A stretch of DNA of 64,000 nucleotides from the sequence record OP310983.1; one strand, given 5' to 3'. Made by a program: the position numbers and the translations under genes. The notes under the pieces are model-generated. The model searched no databases, had not been told where the DNA came from, and saw nothing but the letters and a program-made list of their open reading frames with translations. Every line of letters begins with the position of its first letter. Within the stretch, counting starts at the first letter, position 1. Shown here piece by piece: positions 1-9,175 of this stretch.

Positions 1-300
1 GATTGGGCTCATTTGGGTAGTGGTGTAGATGCAGTTAATAGTGTACTTGAGTTTATCCCTAATTGTAATGATAATGGATCAACCAAACTAACTGCACTTG
101 AAGCATTTGCTATTGCATGTGCACATACTACTACTGTAAGTCGTAAATTTGATTATTACATCCATGCTACAGGTGAGTACAAGCAAAATCAAGAACTATC
201 AACTAAACAACTAAAATGGATACTAGCGCGCATTCAAAAGCGGATGGATCTTACCCGCATTTTCAATGACCGCGAATATGCCAATAACATATGGGGTTGA
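1..300 (+). CDS. 5'-truncated protein, possibly Ntn-hydrolase (HslV/proteasome-beta-like) C-terminus
   Basis: Frame open from base 1 (DWAHLGSGVDAVNSVL...LTALEAFAIACAHTTTVS); the GSG-helix-helix pattern resembles HslV-like C-termini. Confidence 0.5.
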   Translation, partial: DWAHLGSGVDAVNSVLEFIPNCNDNGSTKLTALEAFAIACAHTTTVSRKFDYYIHATGEYKQNQELSTKQLKWILARIQKRMDLTRIFNDREYANNIWG

Positions 301-821
301 TTTGTATGAGTAATTCTAATATGGATATGCTATATTACACTAATGTAAATTGGGAGCAATATTTTCATCATGTGAAACAACGTGCAGATGATACTGTTAA
401 AGTAATGTATAAACCTGAATATGAAGATCTTATTGATGAAGCATGTAGGCCATTAATTAAATGGTTTAATCAATTTATCAATGTTGCAACTATTTATTGC
501 TGTTCAGGCCATGTTGATGAAGAAACTGGTGGTAGCCCTGGATACATTAGTCTTTTATTTAAAGATACCAATGCAGAGAATTCTGCAATGCGTTTATTGC
601 GTGAAGCAATGTGTAAGGGGCGTGAGTGTAAGATCCCATTCGAAATTGAACTGGGGGCTTATTTCGGGCATCTACATGAGACCATTGATCAGAATCACTG
701 GGTCGCCAATCTAATCATCCGCACCAATAGCTACAAACGTAAAAATACGTATGATCGCTATTGGCATCGTCTTTACAATATCATAACAACATGTAATACT
801 GAGGGTTTATACACCGTCTAA
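291..821 (+). CDS. hypothetical protein with IYCCSGH motif
   Basis: 176 aa ORF; PLIKWFN...TIYCCSGH resembles a phage family with a T-x-x-S/C-C-x-G-H motif. Confidence 0.75.
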   Translation: MGLICMSNSNMDMLYYTNVNWEQYFHHVKQRADDTVKVMYKPEYEDLIDEACRPLIKWFNQFINVATIYCCSGHVDEETGGSPGYISLLFKDTNAENSAMRLLREAMCKGRECKIPFEIELGAYFGHLHETIDQNHWVANLIIRTNSYKRKNTYDRYWHRLYNIITTCNTEGLYTV

Positions 822-989
822 AAAATCTGAGATAATTTAATGAATGATATTAAAAATACATTATTAGTTAGATTAAAGAGGAAACAAAAAGCTAAGCGTA
901 TAGATAAATTACAAAGACTAGGTTTATGGTTTATTCTATTGCTATGTGTATCTAATCTATTTGTCCAATTAATAAAAGGTATATTCTAA

Positions 990-1670
990 ATGGCAGAAAA
1001 GCTCAGTTTTGCTGATATATTTAAGATGGCTAAAGAGGAAAATGTTAAGCTTGAATTGCATTGTCTAATTGGTACTCGGCCAGTTAGGGGTCTTATTAAA
1101 AGTTTAAACTTTAATCCAATCAGACCTGATGTATACGAATCTGTTAATTTATATGTAGATGTATTTTCTAAAGTAGTGGAGACTAAAATAGATCCATCAA
1201 GTACTACTGCTGATTATGGTTGCTGGAGAATGACACCAGAAACTAAGAATTATGTAGATAGTAAATATAACTTACCAGAAAAAATGGATATCACTAATCC
1301 AGATATCGTTAGGAGTAATATTAATTATTACCTCAGTTTACCTACTCAGGAACGTATTGCGTTATTTAATAAAATAAATAATCCTAATGTCATTGAGGCG
1401 ATAAACAAAGAATGGTCTAAAATGGTTGTAGAGTATTATCAATCTGAGATCGATTCATTTATTGGATTAATTGATTTCGATCATGTCCTTATCAATAAGT
1501 TCATGGTATTTAACTGGATGGATGATCTGTTTGAATATGCTTTAAATATCCCATTAAAACAAACCAATACAGTAAATGAAGGTACCTGTTGCTTACTGGT
1601 TCACAAAGATAAAAAGGCAACATATACCCATTTTACTGATATTAAAAATCTTATCAAAGTAAGTGTATAA
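990..1670 (+). CDS. hypothetical protein
   Basis: 226 aa ORF, AAAGG RBS, followed by a terminator hairpin. Confidence 0.85.
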   Translation: MAEKLSFADIFKMAKEENVKLELHCLIGTRPVRGLIKSLNFNPIRPDVYESVNLYVDVFSKVVETKIDPSSTTADYGCWRMTPETKNYVDSKYNLPEKMDITNPDIVRSNINYYLSLPTQERIALFNKINNPNVIEAINKEWSKMVVEYYQSEIDSFIGLIDFDHVLINKFMVFNWMDDLFEYALNIPLKQTNTVNEGTCCLLVHKDKKATYTHFTDIKNLIKVSV

Positions 1671-1682
1671 TTACGGCATAAA

Positions 1683-1704
1683 CCCCTCTCCACATGGAGA
1701 GGGG
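1683..1704. terminator. bidirectional intrinsic terminator
   Basis: CCCCTCTCC-ACAT-GGAGAGGGG stem between convergent genes, followed by a T-rich tract. Confidence 0.8.
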
Positions 1705-1732
1705 CTATGTCTTTATTTTCTTTTATTTAAAC

Positions 1733-2167
1733 TCACTTAGAATAATCTTCTACTGGAATATCATCCAGCCAATCATTAAGTAGTTTAAATTGATGAGGGT
1801 GCTGCATCTTAGTAACTTTACCATACTTAACACTAACTGCTTTACCACTCGATACAGCAAGATCAACTAGTTTCTTTTCGTATGCATTAAACTCATCATA
1901 CCACCGAGTATGAATAAGTTTTGCTAGGCGATCGTAAGCCGTCTTTCGATAATGATCTTCTAGTTCGCGACGTTGTTCATCAAGTAGTTCTTTTTGACGT
2001 TGTTCTTGCTGACGCTTTTCTTCTTCCTGTTTCTCTTTCTCTAGTCGTTTCTTCTCAGCAAAATATGATAGAACCGGTAGTTTGAAAAGCAGGCTTAGAA
2101 GTAGTTGAAAGAATTGTTTCATTAGTATTTCCTCAGTTTGATTAAATAGATAATTTACAAATGGCAA
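1733..2167 (-). CDS. hypothetical protein with charged coiled-coil segment
   Basis: 144 aa ORF, EKKRLEKEKQEEEKRQQEQRQKELL. Confidence 0.8.
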   Translation of the reverse strand: MPFVNYLFNQTEEILMKQFFQLLLSLLFKLPVLSYFAEKKRLEKEKQEEEKRQQEQRQKELLDEQRRELEDHYRKTAYDRLAKLIHTRWYDEFNAYEKKLVDLAVSSGKAVSVKYGKVTKMQHPHQFKLLNDWLDDIPVEDYSK

Positions 2168-2202
2168 TCCGCCTAGTTACATACTAGATAGCTGTAAGTA
2201 TT

Positions 2203-2613
2203 TTAATCCGTTACAATATCTGGATAACGTTCATCAATTAATGATTTCCTATATGCAAACTCACGCACCTCTACTTCTAACTTTTCTTTAGTTGCATCTG
2301 TAGCACCGATCACAATAATTGAATCATTATTAATTGATAACTCTACGTTATTATCTTTTCCAAATACTAATTTAAAAACAGTATTTAATTCATCTAATTG
2401 ATCTTGAATGGTTACTGTATCATCATGGATTGCCCTAGACGGTTCCTCTAATAGGCCCTCTAGAACTTTATAAGACTTTATAAAAAGAGTATCATTAAAA
2501 TCTTCTTTTAACCATGCTAATTCAAGTGTATATAAATCAACCACTCTATTAATATTTGAAGTAGTTATATCTGTTTTCCATTCATAACCTAGATAGTTAG
2601 TTTCATTACTCAT
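2203..2613 (-). CDS. hypothetical protein
   Basis: 136 aa ORF with AGGAG RBS. Confidence 0.8.
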   Translation of the reverse strand: MSNETNYLGYEWKTDITTSNINRVVDLYTLELAWLKEDFNDTLFIKSYKVLEGLLEEPSRAIHDDTVTIQDQLDELNTVFKLVFGKDNNVELSINNDSIIVIGATDATKEKLEVEVREFAYRKSLIDERYPDIVTD

Positions 2614-2655
2614 TATAAACTCCTTTGATTAATACATATTAAATAATCTGGAGTA

Positions 2656-2832
2656 TTATTTCTTTGTAATGCGATAACCAACTGACCATAAATCTACACG
2701 GACGAAACCTTTTTCCTCATGTTGACCGTATACACATACGCGTAACATTCGATTGCCTGGCTTCATATCAATTCGTGTTATCTCAAATTTATTAGTAATG
2801 TATTCTTGGATGATAAATAATAGATGCCTCAT
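2656..2832 (-). CDS. small hypothetical protein (58 aa, not in ORF track)
   Basis: Manually translated MRHLLFIIQEYITNKFEITRIDMKPGNRMLRVCVYGQHEEKGFVRVDLWSVGYRITKK; AGGA RBS upstream. Confidence 0.65.
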   Translation of the reverse strand: MRHLLFIIQEYITNKFEITRIDMKPGNRMLRVCVYGQHEEKGFVRVDLWSVGYRITKK

Positions 2833-2961
2833 TTTATATTTTCCTGATTAATGACAAACATAAGCCCCTCCATATGGAGGGGCAATATGATTTACTGAGT
2901 CTTTCACGTTCAATCCCATCCTAACTAATATATTTAAGAATAGTTTAAACCTCAGTAAATT

Positions 2962-3038
2962 TGGTGCCGCCACTCCGAATCGAACGGAGGACCTACGCAT
3001 TACAAGTGCGTTGCTCTACCTAGCTGAGCTATAGCGGC
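2962..3038 (-). tRNA. tRNA-Thr(UGU)
   Basis: Full cloverleaf GCCGCTA...TGGCGGC-A-CCA; anticodon arm ACGCA-CTTGTAA-TGCGT; TTCGA T-loop. Confidence 0.97.
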
Positions 3039-3181
3039 GGAATCTTCTACATATAGTGTATATGAAAGTATTATTTTATTATAATAAATAGAGTTATATT
3101 CAAACTTATTTAAACAGTATATTATTAACTTGATATTACTAAATGTAATATTTTCTATTAATTGTAAATAGGATACTAAAT

Positions 3182-3319
3182 ATGAATATTGATCCAAAAA
3201 CTTTTGGTATTATTGTTAGCGCCACTATTGGCACCGTAGGTGCTCTTATTCTTACGTATGGTATCGTGAGAGCAGTGCGTGGAAATAATAAACCTGATGT
3301 AAAAGATGTAGCAGAGTAA
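3182..3319 (+). CDS. small single-pass membrane protein (45 aa, not in ORF track)
   Basis: MNIDPKTFGIIVSATIGTVGALILTYGIVRAVRGNNKPDVKDVAE; AGGA RBS; early-promoter-like motif at 3118-3125; terminator at about 3329-3353. Confidence 0.7.
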   Translation: MNIDPKTFGIIVSATIGTVGALILTYGIVRAVRGNNKPDVKDVAE

Positions 3320-3377
3320 GATAACATAGAGCTAGCCCATTAGGGGCTAGCTCTTATATTTATTTTTTTTATTTGTT

Positions 3378-4046
3378 TTAACTTGGGGTACTATAATAAA
3401 TAAATTTAGTTAATTCGGCTTCTTGCTCTTTGATTATATTATTTTTTGTTTGCTTAACATTAATATAAGATTCAATAGATAGCCAACGCTGATCATATTC
3501 GGCTAAGTCATTGAATTCAATTTTCTCGAATCGCCATGACTGAACAGTGGTTCTAATCAGATTACCTGATTTATTAACAATATAACCTTGCATTGTCTCA
3601 AAAAAGTCATCTGCTTTACTAATAACAATAATTAGATATACATCATCTGTGTTTTTAGTATGCATTGATTTTAATTTATAGACACGTGGGTTAAAAGAAT
3701 CAATATCTTTATAATGTTCTTTGATTTCTAGAACAGCATCAATCATCATCTTGGCGCTATTTTGAATACCGTTATTAAGTAGATATTCATTAAGTTCTTT
3801 TAATGAGTCATCACTCAATGATGCTTCGATATGTTCTTCACTTATAGGGTAGTGATAAACTAATTTATTAATAGCTGAATTAACAACATTTAGTTTATCA
3901 ACATCATAAACTTCTAATGTTTGCTTGCCAACTTTTATTTTTAATCCTTTATTTGAATCATTAATAAAGTTGTCTAGATCTACTTCAGTAAAATGAAAAG
4001 CCATTTTAATCACCTTTATGTTTTCCGTAGTGAAGTGAATAAACAC
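3378..4046 (-). CDS. hypothetical protein
   Basis: 222 aa ORF (start probably MAFHF). Confidence 0.8.
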   Translation of the reverse strand: MFIHFTTENIKVIKMAFHFTEVDLDNFINDSNKGLKIKVGKQTLEVYDVDKLNVVNSAINKLVYHYPISEEHIEASLSDDSLKELNEYLLNNGIQNSAKMMIDAVLEIKEHYKDIDSFNPRVYKLKSMHTKNTDDVYLIIVISKADDFFETMQGYIVNKSGNLIRTTVQSWRFEKIEFNDLAEYDQRWLSIESYINVKQTKNNIIKEQEAELTKFIYYSTPS

Positions 4047-4168
4047 ACACCCGGTTTCTGGTTAGGATAAAGTATGGTTAATCCATACATAATAAAATAC
4101 GCAAGAGTATTAAATTAAAAAAACTAATATAACCTGATAAAAACCCTCCCATAATGGGAGGGTTATAA

Positions 4169-4627
4169 TTAGCTTTTAAGAACAGGTTTTAATATTAGAT
4201 AAATATAGCAGTTAGCAGTAACTGTGGTTTCAACTACTTTACCATCACTATCGATTGCTAAAAGATTAGATGGATTATTAGTGGATACAGTTGATGATAG
4301 TATTTTATACGAATCTGCTAATCGGATACTAATTAAAGGGCGTTGAGTACGTTTAACTCGACTACAGAAGAATGTTAAAAGGTATTCAGTACACTCTTCT
4401 ATAGTAGGTATACTAACCTCCCAAGTAACATCCTGCATTTCGATATTACGACCTTGTTGAACAGGGCCTCCTAAAGCAGTTATCATTGCACTTGGTAACT
4501 TATCAGTCATGTCACCGGAAGACGCCATTAAACCAGCTTGATATATAGTTACAGCACTAACTAAATATATTGACGCTGTATCGAAAAGAGCTATGTATTT
4601 ATCGCCAATCCCATATGTTACTGGCAC
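4169..4627 (-). CDS. hypothetical protein, start uncertain
   Basis: 152 aa from GTG; the frame stays open about 110 nt further upstream without an ATG. Confidence 0.7.
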   Translation of the reverse strand: MPVTYGIGDKYIALFDTASIYLVSAVTIYQAGLMASSGDMTDKLPSAMITALGGPVQQGRNIEMQDVTWEVSIPTIEECTEYLLTFFCSRVKRTQRPLISIRLADSYKILSSTVSTNNPSNLLAIDSDGKVVETTVTANCYIYLILKPVLKS

Positions 4628-4848
4628 CGCATCTAAATCGGCAAACTTAATAGGTTTACCAGGAGTAGCCGCAATTAATGAATGGGTTGGTTTATTTTCT
4701 GGAACATATGTTTTAGTTAAATGACATACACAAAGCCATTTTTATGACTTCGCGTATGCGTGGCACGTATCTATTAAGATGATACAACTTCATATCATAA
4801 CAACATAAAGCCCTCCGTGATGGAGGGCTTTTATTTTATTTTTATACT

Positions 4849-5373
4849 TTAACTAAAACGAACTACAATTACACTAGTACCAAAAGTATCAGCTACCCAC
4901 TGATTAAATTCTTTATCAGTAATACCTCGTAAATTCAGATTATAAGATGCGTTATCTACAAGTATATAGCGGATATCTGAAAGTAAATTTTCATTAAAGT
5001 CTTTCTGGATCGTTGATAGTCCAGATTTATGGATATAGCTACGTAGTTTAAATGTAGTTAAATATGGAATAATGTTATCTGGTGTTTTGGATAGTTTATC
5101 TTGAGCACCACGTCGAATTCTTTCGTCGGTGAATACTGCCAAACATTCACCAGGGTAGCGTTTTGAAAATTCCATTAATGCTGTAGTACTACCAGATTGA
5201 CGACCAATAAAAAACCCTACTGTTCTATGATCACGTATAGTGATATGACTGACATCATTAAGATGATAATGCATCCCATACTTATTCCAATTCTCATTAG
5301 TTTTATATATCAATGCATCCAGGATAGCCTGGTAATCAACAATAGTTTTTACAAACTGATTTGTGTTATTCAT
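4849..5373 (-). CDS. small P-loop-like protein with degenerate Walker A
   Basis: GFFIGRQSGSTT (Walker A-like, no Lys) and YILVDNAS (Walker B-like). Confidence 0.7.
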   Translation of the reverse strand: MNNTNQFVKTIVDYQAILDALIYKTNENWNKYGMHYHLNDVSHITIRDHRTVGFFIGRQSGSTTALMEFSKRYPGECLAVFTDERIRRGAQDKLSKTPDNIIPYLTTFKLRSYIHKSGLSTIQKDFNENLLSDIRYILVDNASYNLNLRGITDKEFNQWVADTFGTSVIVVRFS

Positions 5374-5664
5374 TATAGAAGTTCCTTTATTACAATGTAG
5401 TATATAACCTTTATTAAATTAGGTTATATACCGGCTATGGAAAAGGCCTCGTCACCTTCCCTTCACCTATATTAAATATCAATAGTGGTTATAAAGAACG
5501 AGATACACTCATTGACATAATATAGCCAGGGGTGGCAAACCCCTGGCATTCAGACACACTCTATAATTAAATCTACCACCGAGTGTATTTAGTGGATAGC
5601 TTTAGGATTATCTAGATAAAGTAATCCTACATAATATCATCGCACTAGTATTTTTATCTTTAGT

Positions 5665-6672
5665 TTAATCGAGAACTAATGGGGCTACTTTAACTTGATA
5701 TATACCAGTTAATAATTGGCTTTTCAACATATATGCTCCACCACCAACCGCCATTTTAGATCCACCTACAATGATCATGCTATTATCCGGACCTTTAGCT
5801 ATAGATGAAATATTAAGGAATCCGATACCTAGTTCAAATGGTTCAGCCCATTTCCGGCGCCTAATATTAAAACGTTGTGCAAACATTTTAGTTACACCGC
5901 CGACATCAACAGCGTTAAGGTAATTAAAATAGTCCCCATCTACATAACCATTACCTTGCCAGATTGTTCCTTTATCAGCAGGTATAATCATCCAAGGTGT
6001 TTGCTCCCATATTAAGGTAGTTGCATTATATCGATAAACTTCAAGATTAGGTATGTTCTTTGTATTATCCCAACCACCAAAATGGTAAAAGTAACCATTA
6101 TAAAAGAATAACTGTTGACCTGAACGAGCACCACCTGAATAGTCTTGCCCGCTAAGCCAAGACTTACTTGATGGTTTTAATCGCATTGCGTTTACGCCAA
6201 TTGGGTTAACGCATAGAATAAGATCATTACCATCTGATGCGGAGGCTGTGCCCCAAAGTGGTACGGGACCACTATATCGCTCAACCCTATTGCCTGTAGC
6301 TATATCAAAATGTTGTATAAAGTTAGATGTTCCCGTACCACCATTACCAGCCGAGTTCCATCCAGTAATACCGCCATAAACAATAAAGTTATTCTTATGT
6401 AATGTCCCAAATCCTAAAGATACCCCTGGTAAGAATGTTCCAGAAGCAGTTGCACCTATATCGGCAAATGGCGATATGGTAAAACGTCTGAACACAGTTG
6501 CAGCTGTTTGTCCTTCAGTATGATGACCAGATCCAACATACAGTGTATTTCCATCCACATATGACATTGTACCAGCTAACGCTACAGGTAGATCACCTAA
6601 TTTAATAATTTCATTAAATCCAACCAAGGGTAACTCTTCGCCTATATCTGGCGATAATAGTAATTCAAACAT
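5665..6672 (-). CDS. Kelch-like beta-propeller protein, probable virion component
   Basis: Repeated hhhhGG motifs (FIVYGG, FYHFGG, MIIVGG, LYVGSG) with downstream aromatic-x-Y/F patterns; TATG late-promoter-like motif upstream. Confidence 0.7.
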   Translation of the reverse strand: MFELLLSPDIGEELPLVGFNEIIKLGDLPVALAGTMSYVDGNTLYVGSGHHTEGQTAATVFRRFTISPFADIGATASGTFLPGVSLGFGTLHKNNFIVYGGITGWNSAGNGGTGTSNFIQHFDIATGNRVERYSGPVPLWGTASASDGNDLILCVNPIGVNAMRLKPSSKSWLSGQDYSGGARSGQQLFFYNGYFYHFGGWDNTKNIPNLEVYRYNATTLIWEQTPWMIIPADKGTIWQGNGYVDGDYFNYLNAVDVGGVTKMFAQRFNIRRRKWAEPFELGIGFLNISSIAKGPDNSMIIVGGSKMAVGGGAYMLKSQLLTGIYQVKVAPLVLD

Positions 6673-6726
6673 GAGTGTGCTCTCAAGTAAATCATTTTAA
6701 TTCATAAGATAACCCATGGCAACATA

Positions 6727-6750
6727 AAAGAGTAGCCGAAGCTACTCTTT
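6727..6750 (-). terminator. intrinsic terminator downstream of the tRNA cluster
   Basis: AAAGAGTAGC-CGAA-GCTACTCTTT (UUCG loop on the minus strand). Confidence 0.75.
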
Positions 6751-6756
6751 AGAATA

Positions 6757-6832
<76 letters not shown>

Positions 6833-6838
6833 ATTAAA

Positions 6839-6915
6839 TGGCGCGCCCAAGGGGACTCGAACCCCTGACCACCCGCGTGACAGGCGGGTATTCTAACCAA
6901 CTGAACTATGAGCGC
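6839..6915 (-). tRNA. tRNA-Asp(GUC)
   Basis: Cloverleaf GCGCTCA...TGGGCGC-G-CCA; anticodon arm CCCGC-CTGTCAC-GCGGG. Confidence 0.97.
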
Positions 6916-6967
6916 AAACGTATGGACATGACTTCCTACATAGTATTACATAACCAGTAATATTTTA

Positions 6968-7315
6968 TTACGGGCGATCAGTCCAGTGCTTGAAATAGTT
7001 ACCATCCTTGGGACGATCGTACTTAGCAAGAATATTTTTAAGTTCTTCGCCGGACAACTTAATACTATCGCCTACTGGGCTATCCAGTTCAGGGCAAGGT
7101 TCAGTTTTACGTGTAATGATTAAATTATCAGTCCCATCTTTGAAGATAAAGATAAACTGCGTTTCATTAGCACTAATCTTTTTCTTAACGCAATGCTTTA
7201 CTTCTGGATGTTTCTTGTGGATCGTTACAAAAGATTCAACAAGAGTTAGCTTTATAAACTCAGGGCTAATAAATGTGAAATATACAGCGCTCTGCGTTGG
7301 GGTTAGATGATCCAT
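6968..7315 (-). CDS. hypothetical protein
   Basis: 115 aa ORF within the tRNA region, in operon orientation. Confidence 0.75.
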   Translation of the reverse strand: MDHLTPTQSAVYFTFISPEFIKLTLVESFVTIHKKHPEVKHCVKKKISANETQFIFIFKDGTDNLIITRKTEPCPELDSPVGDSIKLSGEELKNILAKYDRPKDGNYFKHWTDRP

Positions 7316-7317
7316 AT

Positions 7318-7623
7318 TTACTCCGTATGTTTGAGATAGGCTTTAACTGCTTTAAGACCTTTATTAAAGAACATAGCTTCAACATAAGTAATGTTACTTA
7401 CATCCTCGCCGATAAGTTCCCATTTGATGTAACGTGTAACAGCGTTGATTGTAATATCTAATCCGTTTGGGAATAGGGTTACTTCATCGGTCAGGTGAAT
7501 CCAATCGGGAGCCTTCGCTCCATTACGTAAACGGGGACTAAAAGTAAGATTATAAAGTGTTTGTAATGGTTGTCTCAATAGTTCTTTTTGTTCTTGATGT
7601 TCCATGTATTTTCCTAGAGACAT
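7318..7623 (-). CDS. hypothetical protein
   Basis: 101 aa ORF, tightly packed with neighbours. Confidence 0.75.
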   Translation of the reverse strand: MSLGKYMEHQEQKELLRQPLQTLYNLTFSPRLRNGAKAPDWIHLTDEVTLFPNGLDITINAVTRYIKWELIGEDVSNITYVEAMFFNKGLKAVKAYLKHTE

Positions 7624-7871
7624 TTAAAAATATAAATAGAATGGTTATCTCTTTCGGTTATCTTTAGAGTATTCTCATTTCGAATAACTTCAAGAGACTT
7701 GTATTTATGTTCCAGAATATCCAGATGAGAAATACACTGTTCCCTATTTTCAAATAGGATATTACTTTCATTAGTCGAAATGAAACCAAATAATCCAACT
7801 TTGATAGATAATACCAACATTATTACTGTATTCATGTTTTCCTCAATGAGACAGTATAAAACCTCCCCCAA
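7614..7871 (-). CDS. hypothetical protein with N-terminal hydrophobic segment
   Basis: ORF; probable start MNTVIMLVLSIKVGLFGF. Confidence 0.65.
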   Translation of the reverse strand: MGEVLYCLIEENMNTVIMLVLSIKVGLFGFISTNESNILFENREQCISHLDILEHKYKSLEVIRNENTLKITERDNHSIYIFKCL

Positions 7872-7887
7872 GTGGGAGGCTAGTATA

Positions 7888-7964
7888 TGGTGGGCCCAGC
7901 AGGACTTGAACCTGCGACCAAGCGATTATGAGTCGCCTGCTCTAACCAACTGAGCTATAGGCCC
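7888..7964 (-). tRNA. tRNA with CAU anticodon, probably tRNA-Ile2 (lysidine) rather than Met
   Basis: GGGCCTATAGCTCAGTTGGTTAGAGCAGGCGACTCATAATCGCTTGGTCGCAGGTTCAAGTCCTGCTGGGCCCACCA; the GGCGACTCATAATCGCT arm matches gammaproteobacterial Ile2 tRNAs as I recall them. Confidence 0.93.
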
Positions 7965-7971
7965 TTTTTAT

Positions 7972-8265
7972 TTATTCTGGTAAGAATGTTCCATCTTTTT
8001 GACGGACTAATACACCTGACCATTTGAATGTATTTGTATCACTAGCAGGGCACTCTCTAATTACATTGGTTCTAAATGTGCCATGTGGATAGGTTACAGT
8101 GAATGTAATATGGTTATTACAAACATGTAATACAGAAGACTTTGCTTCTGTTAGATAGTGTAAGCCTTGAGCTAATTGAATATTAGTTAATTCAGGGTCA
8201 CTAAGAATAGCGTAAAGAGCTGTTCCTATAATTTGATGTTCCCATGATATCCATTTATTATCCAT
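7972..8265 (-). CDS. hypothetical protein
   Basis: 97 aa ORF between tRNAs, AGGA RBS. Confidence 0.75.
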   Translation of the reverse strand: MDNKWISWEHQIIGTALYAILSDPELTNIQLAQGLHYLTEAKSSVLHVCNNHITFTVTYPHGTFRTNVIRECPASDTNTFKWSGVLVRQKDGTFLPE

Positions 8266-8286
8266 CCTATTTACCTATTATTAAAA

Positions 8287-8362
8287 TGGTCGGAGTGGGG
8301 AGACTCGAACTCCCGACATCCTGCTCCCAAAGCAGGCGCGCTACCAACTGCGCTACACTCCG
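8287..8362 (-). tRNA. tRNA-Pro(UGG)
   Basis: Cloverleaf CGGAGTG...CACTCCG-A-CCA; anticodon arm CCTGC-TTTGGGA-GCAGG. Confidence 0.97.
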
Positions 8363-8371
8363 TATTTAAAT

Positions 8372-8456
8372 TGGTGCCCGAAGTCGGATTCGAACCGACA
8401 AGACCGTAGCCGGAAGATTTTAAGTCTTCTGTGTTTACCAATTTCACCATTCGGGC
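8372..8456 (-). tRNA. tRNA-Leu(UAA)
   Basis: 85 nt type II tRNA with long variable arm; anticodon arm GAAGA-CTTAAAA-TCTTC. Confidence 0.97.
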
Positions 8457-8514
8457 ATTGTGCTTCAATACATAACATGTAATGCTAGGTATTTTATTAC
8501 AACTTATTTTAAAT

Positions 8515-8967
8515 TCAACGTGGCCATTGTAAAGAAGTTATCTTATTACCATTAATGTAGACATCGGTCACTTCGCACCAATCATTAATTCTGTGTTCAA
8601 TAATTGGAACATCATTTCGGCCAGCCACTCCAATCATATTCCATTTAACATAAATATTCATTAGATCAATTGTTAATTTCTCTTTTATGAGTTTAGGAGA
8701 AATTAATTTAATAATATTAATGTTAAAGAAGTAATTATTAACTTCTTCTAAATATTCATTAGTATTAGTAGTACTAACTTTGCCTTCATGTTCAAGTGAG
8801 GATGGTTTATTCTGATTTACAATATTGCTCACTAGACTTCTTAAAACGGCACTTGCCCTACCAGCTTCGCGTCTTTTATACTTATCATAGTCTTTTACAT
8901 TAGCTGCAATTTTATCAAATTCTTTTTGGGCATAGATTAGCCCTGGTAAAAGTTCATTTTTGATCAT
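8515..8967 (-). CDS. hypothetical protein
   Basis: 150 aa ORF. Confidence 0.8.
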   Translation of the reverse strand: MIKNELLPGLIYAQKEFDKIAANVKDYDKYKRREAGRASAVLRSLVSNIVNQNKPSSLEHEGKVSTTNTNEYLEEVNNYFFNINIIKLISPKLIKEKLTIDLMNIYVKWNMIGVAGRNDVPIIEHRINDWCEVTDVYINGNKITSLQWPR

Positions 8968-9074
8968 GTTATAATTACTCTATTTTATTTATACATATTT
9001 TAAGGTACACTAGTAAAAAAACAAAAAAAAAATATAAAGCCTCCCCGAAGGGAGGCGATATATCGTCATTAATG

Positions 9075-9175
9075 CCCAGCAAAGAGTTTTACTCTCTGGG
9101 AGCCAGTTGGAAGGGGGACTGGCTCCGATTTATTATGACTAATGTAGAAACGAGGGGGAGGGATCATTTCTACAT
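9075..9175 (-). ncRNA. candidate structured 3'UTR/sRNA, three hairpins with C-rich loops
   Basis: Three consecutive stems (see findings) between the stop codon at 9196 and the terminator at about 9039-9056. Confidence 0.4.

Noticed and set aside
3000-3197. ORF-track 65 aa ORF
   Set aside because: Overlaps tRNA-Thr and an early promoter; its C-terminus is the translated tRNA.
8271-8468. ORF-track 65 aa ORF
   Set aside because: It is the translation of tRNA-Leu and tRNA-Pro.
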